The position numbers and the translations under genes were made by a program. A DNA stretch of 64,000 nucleotides, taken from assembly GCA_963666275.2 (NCBI GenBank), contig CAXXOA010000001.1, positions 64,001-128,000 on the forward strand. The letters run 5' to 3'. This stretch comes from Oceanispirochaeta sp. (GTDB lineage Bacteria; Spirochaetota; Spirochaetia; DSM-2461). The notes beneath the pieces were generated by a model, which saw only the letters and a program-made list of their open reading frames with translations, did no database searches and was not told where the DNA came from. This document shows positions 1 through 8,863 of this stretch, piece after piece (the stretch's first letter is position 1; the number at the start of each line of letters is the position of its first letter).

Positions 1-55
1 AGAGGCAAAAGGGCTCTATGCCTGCATTGAGCAGATCCATTTTCACTTTCGGTAA

Positions 56-83
56 TTGACATTTCCTGTATTTACCCTATTCT
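56..83 (+). promoter_or_regulatory. putative sigma70 promoter of lacI-family gene
   Basis: TTGACA (56-61), 16-nt spacer, TATTCT (78-83) upstream of ATG 120. Confidence 0.5.
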
Positions 84-119
84 TAAAAACATCAATTGAC
101 TGCAAAATAGTGAGAATCA

Positions 120-1130
120 ATGGCTGTCACAATTAAAGACATAGCCCGGATTGCCGGGGTTACCCATTCCACAGTCTCCCGTTGTCTCAATGACAAGCCG
201 GGGGTCTCGGATGCCAAAAGAGAAGAGATAAAGAAAATAGCCCGGGATCTCGGCTTTGAATATAATGCCAATGCCAGAAGTCTGAATACAAGTAAGACAG
301 GGACAATTGGTATCATCCTGAATGATGATGCCGACGACGATCAGCCCCATTTCTATACCAATACATTTCTCGGTCATATCAGGCACCAGCTGGAAGAGGA
401 GGATCTGGATATCCTCACAACATTCACAAGGAATAATATTTCCGGAAAGGATAATGTGGTCAGGCTTGTGAACCGGAAAAAGGTGGACGGCTTTATTATC
501 CTCAGTTCTTCGATTGATAAGAAAACAGTTGAATTCCTCAGGGATCAGAAAGTCCCGTTTGTTTTTTCCCATCAGATTCCCTCAAAATCTCTGGGAAATG
601 TTAACACTGTTTACTGCGACCATGCCAACGGAGGGTACCTCGCCACCAGACACCTTCTGGAACAGGGCAGAAAAAGGATCCTCTGTCTGACCAGACCCGA
701 AAAACGCTCGGAGTTTACCCAGAGGACCCTGGGGTATAAATCCGCCCTCATGGAGTTCGGGCTGGCCTATGATAAATCCCTTGTTGTTCATGGTGTGAAT
801 GATCTTACTGCAACTGACAGGATGGGAGAGATCCTTACCCCGTTTATCGGAAAAATCGACGGGATCTTTGCCCATACGGACATTATGGCCATTGCGGTGG
901 AAAAGGCCATGGAGAAGAAAGGCCTGAGGGTTCCCGACGACATCGCACTGGTGGGGTATGACAATATCAGCCTCTGTACTTTTGCTGAGCCGGCCCTGAC
1001 CTCGGTAGCTCAGCCTTCCAAAACCATTTCGGTGAAAACCTGTGAGATCCTCATTAAACTGCTGGCAGGAGAAGAGGTGAACAGCAAAATTATTGTTCCC
1101 CCCTGGCTTGTTATCAGAGATTCTGTCTGA
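120..1130 (+). CDS. LacI family transcriptional regulator (LacI-1)
   Basis: N-terminal HTH VTIKDIARIAGVTHSTVSRCLN, hinge NANARSL, C-terminal VPDDIALVGYDN and LTSVAQP motifs. Confidence 0.95.
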   Translation: MAVTIKDIARIAGVTHSTVSRCLNDKPGVSDAKREEIKKIARDLGFEYNANARSLNTSKTGTIGIILNDDADDDQPHFYTNTFLGHIRHQLEEEDLDILTTFTRNNISGKDNVVRLVNRKKVDGFIILSSSIDKKTVEFLRDQKVPFVFSHQIPSKSLGNVNTVYCDHANGGYLATRHLLEQGRKRILCLTRPEKRSEFTQRTLGYKSALMEFGLAYDKSLVVHGVNDLTATDRMGEILTPFIGKIDGIFAHTDIMAIAVEKAMEKKGLRVPDDIALVGYDNISLCTFAEPALTSVAQPSKTISVKTCEILIKLLAGEEVNSKIIVPPWLVIRDSV

Positions 1131-1164
1131 TCTTATTGTTTCTTCCCCTATAAAAAGAAAAAAC

Positions 1165-1236
1165 TTTACAAACTCATGATTGTGGAAGTATTATCAAAAA
1201 ACACGTGTGTGCAATAATAAAAGCACACGTGTGAAC
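1165..1236 (+). promoter_or_regulatory. promoter plus two CACACGTGTG palindromic operator boxes upstream of phytase gene
   Basis: TTTACA 1165-1170, 18 nt, TATTAT 1189-1194, then ACACGTGTGTGC (1201-1212) and GCACACGTGTGA (1223-1234); same architecture recurs at 2991-3041. Confidence 0.7.
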
Positions 1237-1382
1237 AAAAAAGTTTGAAATATTATGACGTCTGTTGTTTCAAGCTTTCCTGTTTTATTTTCCGGAAAAT
1301 ACTCGGATATGTCAGGCAGCTGCATTTCTGGCTGCCATTGCTTTACGTTTCTTTTCTACCAAATAAAAAGGAGATAGATTTA

Positions 1383-2780
1383 ATGAAACGGATAATTCTT
1401 TCATTTGCATTACTGGTTCTTTCTTTTTCACTGTTCGGCAAAGGGGCTCAGGAAGAGTCCCTTTATCTTGCCTCAAAGACTCCATATCCCTCACCGGCAG
1501 AAATCTCTGTTACGGCTCCGCCGGCAGGCTATGAACCATCATTCATATTTACGGTTAACAGGCATGGGTCAAGAAGCCTTTCCGGTTTCAAGTATGACAA
1601 GGGCTGGCTTGATATGCTTGCCGATGCTGATTCCCGTGGAGCCCTGTTGGATGAGGGGAGAAAACTCTGGGAAGATATCAAAGTGATTGCGGCTTTTGAA
1701 GAAGGAAAATACGGCCTGCTGACTCAACTGGGAAAAGACGAACTGTATGGGATCGGAAGCCGTGTAGGTGATGTCTATGGTGAAATGCTGACAAATGACA
1801 CTCTGATCAGAGCAGAGGCTACCTATAAAGAAAGAACTCAGGAATCGAGAGATAGTTTTCTTTCCGGCCTTGTTTCTGCCGGATATAAGGGAAATGCAGA
1901 TATCATGGCGTATGATAAAAAGAAAGATCCCTATCTGAGACCAATGGATCTGGCTACAAACTATAACAGATTCCTGGATGAGGGAGACTGGAACGACTAT
2001 CTTACCGCTTTCAGAGAGACTCCTGAGGCCAGTGCCATGTCCTACCGAATCTGTTCCCAGTTCTTTACAGATGAATACCTGAAGCTCCTTGATTCAGGAG
2101 AGCTGAAGTTCTACAAGGAAGGAGGAGAAGATGTTGTTATAAATAGTGTGGCAACGGCGGGATCCTGTCTTTTTGAACTATACATAATTCTTCCTTCTCT
2201 GAGAGAGGACGGCTTTGAAGGTATGAATCTGAGGAAATATTTCACTGATGAAGAACTGGCCATGTATCAGGAAGTACAGGGAGGAAAAAACTTTTTCAAA
2301 TACGGAGCCGGAAGACCGGAATATAACAATATTTCTCTGAATATTCTGGCACCTCTGGCCAAACGTTTTATAAATGAGACAGATCTGTATCTAAGCGGTG
2401 AGTCTCCCTATAAAGGTGTTTTCCTCTTTGCCCATGCAGAGACTGTTGTTCCCATGGAAGGATTCATGGAGATTGAAGGCAGCAACAAGGCCTACAGCGA
2501 TCTTTCTGAGGCTCTGGAAAACTGGCACGGTTACTATTATGGCCCCATGGGCGCAAATCTCCAGTTTATCCTGTTTACTTCTGAGGAGGGGGAACCTCTG
2601 GTTAAGGTCATGCTTAATGAAAGAGAGAGCACACTTTCTCCTTCACTGGAACCTGTTGAAGGACCATATTACAGTTGGAACGAAGTAAGAGCTTTTTATG
2701 CTAACAAGGTATCCACCCTTGGTATCTTTCTTGACAATACTCTGGAAGAGGATATTGAAGCTCTGAAAATAAAATTCTAG
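1383..2780 (+). CDS. exported histidine acid phosphatase, MINPP/phytase type (multiple inositol polyphosphate phosphatase-like)
   Basis: RHGSR catalytic motif, FAHAET (HAE proton-donor motif of MINPPs rather than HD), N-terminal SKTPY; signal peptide MKRIILSFALLVLSFSLFG; AAGGAG RBS before ATG 1383. Confidence 0.85.
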   Translation: MKRIILSFALLVLSFSLFGKGAQEESLYLASKTPYPSPAEISVTAPPAGYEPSFIFTVNRHGSRSLSGFKYDKGWLDMLADADSRGALLDEGRKLWEDIKVIAAFEEGKYGLLTQLGKDELYGIGSRVGDVYGEMLTNDTLIRAEATYKERTQESRDSFLSGLVSAGYKGNADIMAYDKKKDPYLRPMDLATNYNRFLDEGDWNDYLTAFRETPEASAMSYRICSQFFTDEYLKLLDSGELKFYKEGGEDVVINSVATAGSCLFELYIILPSLREDGFEGMNLRKYFTDEELAMYQEVQGGKNFFKYGAGRPEYNNISLNILAPLAKRFINETDLYLSGESPYKGVFLFAHAETVVPMEGFMEIEGSNKAYSDLSEALENWHGYYYGPMGANLQFILFTSEEGEPLVKVMLNERESTLSPSLEPVEGPYYSWNEVRAFYANKVSTLGIFLDNTLEEDIEALKIKF

Positions 2781-2804
2781 AAATCTGATATAATTTTTTA
2801 CTCG

Positions 2805-2840
2805 GGTGTGCTGAAATTAGCTTTCAGTACACCTTTTTTT
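2805..2840 (+). terminator. rho-independent terminator after phytase
   Basis: GGTGTGCTGAAA/TTTCAGTACACC stem followed by a T run. Confidence 0.8.
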
Positions 2841-2990
2841 ATAATTCAAGTTGGGATTATCAGCGCTTTGAACAGGATATCAGGAGTAGAAACAGCAGTT
2901 TGTTCAGGTTAGGGGCTGTTCTGAATAAACATTCCCGAAATCCGGTTTTCCTCTTCTCAAATATTCAGGAACTATTTATGAAAAAAAAAC

Positions 2991-3041
2991 TTTACAAATC
3001 ATGGGAGGGGGCGTATTATCAATAAAACGCACACGTGTGAG
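2991..3041 (+). promoter_or_regulatory. promoter plus GCACACGTGTGA operator upstream of ABC operon 1
   Basis: TTTACA 2991-2996, 17 nt, TATTAT 3014-3019, GCACACGTGTGA 3029-3040; matches the region at 1165-1236. Confidence 0.7.
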
Positions 3042-3085
3042 TTCTAGAAAAGGTGTATCGTGTGCATCGCAAAAATGGAGGTCTT

Positions 3086-4144
3086 ATGCGAGTTAAAATT
3101 ATTGCTTTACTGTCAGTTTCTCTTGTAGCTCTGGCATTGCTGATCGGGTGTATGGACAAAAAAGGAGATGCCGCCGCTGCGGGTGGAAAAAAATCCACAC
3201 ATCTGACCATCTACTGTGCTCTTCCCGAAACTGAAATCCCTTCCTATATCGAAGCTTTTAAAGAAGATACAGGTATTACTGTGGATTTTGTCCGACTCTC
3301 TGCAGGAGAAGTCCTTTCCAAAGTTCAGGTGGAAAAGAACAACCCCCAGGCCAGTGTCTGGTACGGTGGAAACTGTGACACTTTTATTGCCGCAGCTGGT
3401 AATGATCTTCTGGAACCATATGTTTCCCCTGAGCTGAAAAACATTCCTGAAAGCTATCAGGATCCCGAAGGATTCTGGTCGCCTGTCTATGTGGGAGCCC
3501 TTGCTTTCGCCGTAGACCGGGACTGGTTCAAAGAGAAGGGAATGGACTATCCCTCTTCCTGGAATGATCTTCTGGATCCCGTTTACAAGAATCAGATTTC
3601 CATGGCTCATCCCGGATCTTCGGGAACCGCCTATACCATCCTGGCCACTCTGGTTCAGATGCTGGGTGAAGACGAGGCGATGGATTATCTGAAAGAGCTG
3701 AATGCCAATATCCGTCAGTATACAAAATCCGGATCAGCTCCTCCCAAAAATGTGGGACTCGGTGAAGCCGCAGTAGGTCTCTCATTTTCCCATGACTGCC
3801 TGAAACCGGCTCTCCAGGGGTATCCAGTGGAAGTTTCTTTTCCCGAAGAGGGAACCGGATACGAAATCGGTGCGATTGCTCTGATCAAGGGCGGTCCCGA
3901 AGATGAAGTGGAAAATGCCAAAACTTTTATTGACTGGGTTCTCAGCAAAAAAGGCCAGGATATCTATTCCCAGAACGGTTCCTTCCGGCTGCCTGTCAAT
4001 GTGAACGCTCAGGTTCCCGAAGGGGCTGTGAATATCAAGGATCTTCCCATCATCGAGTATGATTTTATCTGGGCCGGTGAAAACCGGACACGACTGATTG
4101 AGAAATTTTCCGCCACCATCGCGGGGAAAGATAATCTGAAATAA
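3086..4144 (+). CDS. ABC transporter substrate-binding lipoprotein, AfuA/Fe3+/sugar-phosphate family
   Basis: lipobox LLIGC; RLSAGE, EKNNPQASVWYGG, PGSSGTAY, PEEGTGYEIG motifs; GGAGG RBS before ATG 3086. Confidence 0.85.
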   Translation: MRVKIIALLSVSLVALALLIGCMDKKGDAAAAGGKKSTHLTIYCALPETEIPSYIEAFKEDTGITVDFVRLSAGEVLSKVQVEKNNPQASVWYGGNCDTFIAAAGNDLLEPYVSPELKNIPESYQDPEGFWSPVYVGALAFAVDRDWFKEKGMDYPSSWNDLLDPVYKNQISMAHPGSSGTAYTILATLVQMLGEDEAMDYLKELNANIRQYTKSGSAPPKNVGLGEAAVGLSFSHDCLKPALQGYPVEVSFPEEGTGYEIGAIALIKGGPEDEVENAKTFIDWVLSKKGQDIYSQNGSFRLPVNVNAQVPEGAVNIKDLPIIEYDFIWAGENRTRLIEKFSATIAGKDNLK

Positions 4145-4154
4145 TTCCTTTTTC

Positions 4155-4207
4155 GTTTCTTCCGGAGTCTACGCAAGGGTTCTCCGGAATTCTGCTCCGG
4201 AAGAAAC
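4155..4207 (+). other. intercistronic stem-loop after binding-protein gene
   Basis: GTTTCTTCCGGAG...CTCCGGAAGAAAC 13-bp inverted repeat without T tail; typical mRNA-stabilising hairpin. Confidence 0.6.
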
Positions 4208-4233
4208 ACCCCAATATAACGACAGGATTTACT

Positions 4234-5910
4234 ATGACCAACTCTTTAAAAGATTTAACCTGGAAACTGAAAATGCTCGGGAAGGAACCGGTCCTCCTGG
4301 CTTTTATCATTATCCTTATAGCCCTGCTGACTCTCTTCGTCATGTTTCCGCTCTTTATGATACTGCGTTACAGTATCTCAACCGAAGAGGGCAGGCTTTC
4401 TCTGGACACTGTTGTGTCTGTTCTTAAAAACAGTTCCTACAGAACCACTTTTTTCAACAGTATCAAGCTGGGTGTTATCTCAGCGGTGATTGCGACAATA
4501 ATCGGGTATTTATTTGCCTTTACCATAACCAGAACAGAAGCCCCTTTTAAGGGATTTCTCAAAACCATGGCAACCCTTCCGGTTATCTCACCCCCCTTTG
4601 TTCTCTCCCTTTCCATTATCTTCCTCTTCGGAAGAAAGGGACTGATAACCAATGGCCTGCTGGGTATAACCGATTTTAATGTCTATGGCATGCACTCTCT
4701 CATTCTTGTGCAGTCCATCTCGTTTTTTCCGGTAGCCTATCTCACCCTTTCGGGGATCCTGCAGGCCATAGATTCTTCTGTGGAGGATGCGGCTCTGAAC
4801 CTGGGTGCCTCCCGGTGGAAAATTTTCTGGACTGTCACCTTTCCCCTCTCCCTTCCAGGGATTTTCAGCGCCCTTCTTCTTGTTTTCATCCAGTCCCTGC
4901 AGGATTTCAGCAATCCCGCGGTTATCGGCGGGGGATTCCCCACCCTGGGGGTCGAGGCCTACAGAGTCATCACCGGAATGTACGACCTGAGAACCGGAGC
5001 AATCCTTTCGATCATGCTCCTGGTTCCCAGTCTGATCGCCTTTCTGCTGCAGAAGTACTGGGTCAGCGGCAAAGGGTTTGTTACAGTCACGGGAAAGCCC
5101 TCCCAGAACCGGACCAAACTGGACGAAAAACACATTGTCATTCCCCTTGTGGGATTCTGCCTTCTCTTTAGCGGCGTGATCGTTCTGTTTTACGGTACCG
5201 TGATCGGAGGGGCCTTTGTAAAGGTCTGGGGCGTGGACTACTCTCCCACGTTCAATCACTTCAGATATGTTTTCTCCATAGGGTTCAAACCTCTGAAGAA
5301 TGCGGTACTTCTGGCTGTGATCGCCACCCCGCTGACGGGGCTCGCCGGTATGGCCATAGCCTTCCTGACAGTCCGTAAAAGCTTTATCGGTAAAAAGTAT
5401 ATGGGCCTGGCCTCTCTTCTGACTTTTGCCCTCCCGGGGACCGTGGTGGGAATCAGTTTTATCCTTGCCTTCAATGACAGGCCTTTCCTGCTGACAGGTA
5501 CCGCACTGATCCTCATCTGTGTTTTTGTATTCCGGAACCTGCCGGTAGGTATCGAAGGAGCGACGTCCGCTTTAATGCAGATAGATCCCTCCATTGAAGA
5601 GGCTGCAGTGAACATGGGGGCCAACAGCTTTCAGACATTTTTCCATGTCACTCTGCCTCTCATAAAAGGGGCATTCTTTTCGGGACTTGTCTACTCCTTT
5701 GTGCGGGCCATGACGGCGGTCAGCGCCATCATCTTTCTGGTTTCAGCCCGGTGGAATGTGGTTACCACAAGAATCTTTTCCCTCTTTGAAGTCAGTCAGT
5801 ACAGCGATGCCGCCGCGTATATCGTCATCATGATAGCTGTGATTATCACAGCCATTTATATTCTCAACAATCTGGTCGAGCGCATCAGTCCGGATCAAAA
5901 AAACAAATAA
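4234..5910 (+). CDS. ABC transporter permease, AfuB/FbpB type (two fused permease domains)
   Basis: many hydrophobic segments, two EAA loops (EDAALNLGAS, EEAAVNMGAN). Confidence 0.92.
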   Translation: MTNSLKDLTWKLKMLGKEPVLLAFIIILIALLTLFVMFPLFMILRYSISTEEGRLSLDTVVSVLKNSSYRTTFFNSIKLGVISAVIATIIGYLFAFTITRTEAPFKGFLKTMATLPVISPPFVLSLSIIFLFGRKGLITNGLLGITDFNVYGMHSLILVQSISFFPVAYLTLSGILQAIDSSVEDAALNLGASRWKIFWTVTFPLSLPGIFSALLLVFIQSLQDFSNPAVIGGGFPTLGVEAYRVITGMYDLRTGAILSIMLLVPSLIAFLLQKYWVSGKGFVTVTGKPSQNRTKLDEKHIVIPLVGFCLLFSGVIVLFYGTVIGGAFVKVWGVDYSPTFNHFRYVFSIGFKPLKNAVLLAVIATPLTGLAGMAIAFLTVRKSFIGKKYMGLASLLTFALPGTVVGISFILAFNDRPFLLTGTALILICVFVFRNLPVGIEGATSALMQIDPSIEEAAVNMGANSFQTFFHVTLPLIKGAFFSGLVYSFVRAMTAVSAIIFLVSARWNVVTTRIFSLFEVSQYSDAAAYIVIMIAVIITAIYILNNLVERISPDQKNK

Positions 5911-5924
5911 AGGAAGACTTGAAA

Positions 5925-7055
5925 ATGAAAGATCATTTTGAGGAAGAAATAAAAGCCAAAAGCAGCGGATTGAAAATGGTCAATCTGACAAAGAAATTTT
6001 CCAGTCACGACGGGACAGGGGAGTTCACAGCTGTGGATTCAATCAACCTGGAGATCAAGTCAGGGGAACTGACCACACTCCTGGGGCCTTCGGGCTGCGG
6101 AAAAACAACCACCCTCCGTATGGTGGCGGGGTTTGAGAGCATCACTTCCGGGTCCCTCCTTCTGGGAGATGAGTCCATTGAGTCGGTTCCTCCCAATAAA
6201 AGGGATATGGCCATGATGTTCCAGAGCTACGCCCTTTTTCCCCATATGACAGTCTACAACAATATCCGTTACGGACTGAAAATTCAGAAACTGCCGGAGA
6301 AGGAGATTGAGGAAAGGACCAACAAGATCATCGATCTTATGCAAATCCGGGGTATGGAAAACAGACTCCCTTCAAAAATCTCCGGAGGACAGCAGCAGAG
6401 AGTCGCCCTGGCCAGAGCTGTGGTGATTGAGCCCAAAGTCCTGCTATTCGACGAACCCCTTTCCAATCTGGATGCCAAACTGAGGGAGTATATGAGAGAC
6501 GAGCTCCGGTCCCTTCAGCAGAGGCTGGGAATTACAAGTCTCTATGTCACCCATGACCAGTCAGAAGCCATGGCCATCAGCGACAAGGTCGTCCTTATGA
6601 ATGAGGGACGGATTCAGCAGGTGGGATCTCCCGCGGAACTCTATAACGAACCGGCCTCTCTCTTCGTAGCGGATTTCATCGGCAAATCCAACTTTCTGCC
6701 CTGTCTGGTGGCTTCCCGGTCCGCCGATGGAGCTGTCGCTTCCATACTGGGGGAGAATTTCCTTCTGAAAGCTCCGGGTAAAGCCTATACGGGAGAAACC
6801 GGAGAGATGACCGCCGTCATAAGGCCCGAAGCTGTCAAACTGGTCGATCCGGAGGAGGAAAAACTCACAGGTGTGGTCCGGAAGGCCATTTTCTTCGGCA
6901 ATTTTGTGGAGTATGAGGTCCGGGTAAAGGACAGAAATTTGCGAATCGAATCCTACTGTCCCCAGGAACAGAAAATCTACAGGGTCAACGATCCGGTGGG
7001 TATCCGGTTCAACCTTGAAAGTATCCGTCTTCTGGAAGAGTCGGAAAAGGACTGA
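5925..7055 (+). CDS. ABC transporter ATP-binding protein, AfuC/PotA type
   Basis: Walker A GPSGCGKTT, signature ISGGQQQR, Walker B LLFDEP, C-terminal TOBE-like region; alternative TTG start 5919. Confidence 0.95.
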   Translation: MKDHFEEEIKAKSSGLKMVNLTKKFSSHDGTGEFTAVDSINLEIKSGELTTLLGPSGCGKTTTLRMVAGFESITSGSLLLGDESIESVPPNKRDMAMMFQSYALFPHMTVYNNIRYGLKIQKLPEKEIEERTNKIIDLMQIRGMENRLPSKISGGQQQRVALARAVVIEPKVLLFDEPLSNLDAKLREYMRDELRSLQQRLGITSLYVTHDQSEAMAISDKVVLMNEGRIQQVGSPAELYNEPASLFVADFIGKSNFLPCLVASRSADGAVASILGENFLLKAPGKAYTGETGEMTAVIRPEAVKLVDPEEEKLTGVVRKAIFFGNFVEYEVRVKDRNLRIESYCPQEQKIYRVNDPVGIRFNLESIRLLEESEKD

Positions 7056-7060
7056 ATCCT

Positions 7061-7867
7061 ATGAAAAGCGCATATAAACTGGTGGTCTGTGATCTCGACG
7101 GAACTCTGGTCAATGAGGAAAAGCAGATCTCCCGGAAGAACCGGGAGGCCATTGAACAGTTCCGGGAGTGCGGAGGTGAAATCACTTTTGCGACCGGCAG
7201 GATCGAAAAATCCGTCAAAAAGTACGCCACTGAGCTGAATGTCCGTGTTCCCATGATCCTCTATAACGGTGCCAGGATCTATCATCCCGAAACAGGGGAT
7301 GTGGTCCGGGATCTGACCCTCTCGGCATCAGAAGTCGGAAAAGCGGTTGAACTGATGGAACAGTTCCCCTTCGACTATATTTTCTACTCCGCAGGAGAGG
7401 CCTATATTCTGAAGTCCACTGAAGCCGTCCGGACCTATGAAAAAGGGGATGGATTCCAGTGCGTAGTGGATCCGGACATTGAAAAGATATCCCGGCTGAA
7501 GATAACCAAAATCCTGATGATCGGGGATAACAGATATTTCGAAGATTTCAGACGGCAGTTTCAGGCCGATCCGGAATGCCGGGCCAATCTGGTCCAGTCT
7601 GAGAATACCTACCTGGAAATACTCCCCGAAGGAGTTAACAAGGGAAATGCCCTGGAGGTCCTCTCTGATCATCTTGGTATTCCCATGAAGGAGATCATCT
7701 GCTTCGGAGACAATCTGAATGATCTGGAGATGATTGTCAGAGCCGGAGTGGGCGTAGCCATGTCCAACGGGCGTGAGGAAGTCCGGGCTGCCGCAGATAT
7801 TGTGGCCCCAAGCAATAATGAAGATGGAGTGGGAAGCGTTCTGACTTCCCTGATGGAGGAATCGTAA
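7061..7867 (+). CDS. Cof-type HAD-IIB phosphatase
   Basis: DLDGTL motif I, ATGR motif II, KG motif III, FGDNLND motif IV. Confidence 0.93.
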   Translation: MKSAYKLVVCDLDGTLVNEEKQISRKNREAIEQFRECGGEITFATGRIEKSVKKYATELNVRVPMILYNGARIYHPETGDVVRDLTLSASEVGKAVELMEQFPFDYIFYSAGEAYILKSTEAVRTYEKGDGFQCVVDPDIEKISRLKITKILMIGDNRYFEDFRRQFQADPECRANLVQSENTYLEILPEGVNKGNALEVLSDHLGIPMKEIICFGDNLNDLEMIVRAGVGVAMSNGREEVRAAADIVAPSNNEDGVGSVLTSLMEES

Positions 7868-8742
7868 TGAAGGATATTACAATGGTAGGTCATATATCCA
7901 GGGATATCATGATCTATGAGGAGGAGACTCAGCGTTTTACAGGAGGGCCGGTCATCTACTCTTCCGTGGCTGCGGCCCGTTCGGGAGCCCGGGTGCAGGT
8001 GATCACGGCCTGCAGCGAAGAAGACGACAGGTCTCTGGATGTCATGAGAGATAACGGAGTGGATGTGGTCCGCCTGGAATCGGAAACTTCCACGAGTATT
8101 GAAAATATCTATCTATCTGCCGACAGGGAGAGGCGGAAAGTCACACTCCTGTCCCAGGCTGTTCCCTTCAGCACGGAGAATTTCCCGGAAACAGAGAGCC
8201 GGATCTATCATCTGGCAGGGCTTTTCCGGGGGGAGATTCCCGATGACTTTATTCCCTATTTTGCAGCAAAAGGACGCCTGGGGATTGATGCGCAGGGACT
8301 GCTGCGCTGCAGTGAAGAGGGCAAGCTCCTCTTCCGGAACTGGGAGAATATGGATGACCTGATGCCCCATGTCTCCTTTTTCAAGGTCGATGCCGCGGAA
8401 GCCGAGATCCTGACAGGATTGAATAACCGGGAGGAAGCGGCAAAGGTTCTTGCCGGGAAGGGCGCTGATGAGGTCGTCCTGACCCATAATAATGAGGTCC
8501 TTGTCGTGGCGGAGGGGAAGGTTTTCCGGGCGCCCTACAATCCGTCGAATCTGTCGGGAAGGACCGGACGGGGAGATACCACCTTTGCCGCCTACATGGC
8601 CAGGAGGCTCAGCGCCGGACCGGAGGAGAGCACCTATTACGCCGCGGCCCTCTGTTCCATCAAAATGGAGCAGCCCGGTCCTTTTTCCGGAACTGAAGAG
8701 GATGTGTACAAGCGGATGGAGGCGATAGGGTTCAGAGCCTAG
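7867..8742 (+). CDS. PfkB/ribokinase-family kinase with PPi-dependent myo-inositol-kinase signature (kinase 1)
   Basis: GRTGRGDT replaces canonical DTTGAGD; also FKVDAAEAE, APY, SIKME, DAQGLLR, TSIEN; translationally coupled (TAATG) to HAD gene. Confidence 0.85.
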   Translation: MKDITMVGHISRDIMIYEEETQRFTGGPVIYSSVAAARSGARVQVITACSEEDDRSLDVMRDNGVDVVRLESETSTSIENIYLSADRERRKVTLLSQAVPFSTENFPETESRIYHLAGLFRGEIPDDFIPYFAAKGRLGIDAQGLLRCSEEGKLLFRNWENMDDLMPHVSFFKVDAAEAEILTGLNNREEAAKVLAGKGADEVVLTHNNEVLVVAEGKVFRAPYNPSNLSGRTGRGDTTFAAYMARRLSAGPEESTYYAAALCSIKMEQPGPFSGTEEDVYKRMEAIGFRA

Positions 8743-8745
8743 GAG

Positions 8746-8799
8746 TCTTTCCCTTTGAGGGCGGTAAAATTGTGAAATAATCCGCCTGAAAGGGAAAGA
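8746..8799 (+). terminator. stem-loop ending cluster 1
   Basis: TCTTTCCCTTT-GAGGGCGG...CCGCC-TG-AAAGGGAAAGA inverted repeat right after kinase stop; no + strand T tail. Confidence 0.5.
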
Positions 8800-8805
8800 A
8801 AAAAA

Positions 8806-8854
8806 TTGACGGATCCTTTTTACCGTAGTACTATTACTTAAACGTTTTAGTAAT
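8806..8854 (+). promoter_or_regulatory. promoter and LacI-type operator of LacI-2
   Basis: TTGACG 8806-8811, 17 nt, TACTAT 8829-8834, overlapping palindrome ATTACTTAAACGTTTTAGTAAT 8833-8854. Confidence 0.75.
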
Positions 8855-8863
8855 GAGGGTCAA

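Noticed and set aside
3086..7055. annotation as an iron(III) ABC transporter
   Set aside because: family resemblance only; no Fur-like box noticed, and the LacI control and phosphatase/kinase context favour a phosphoester substrate
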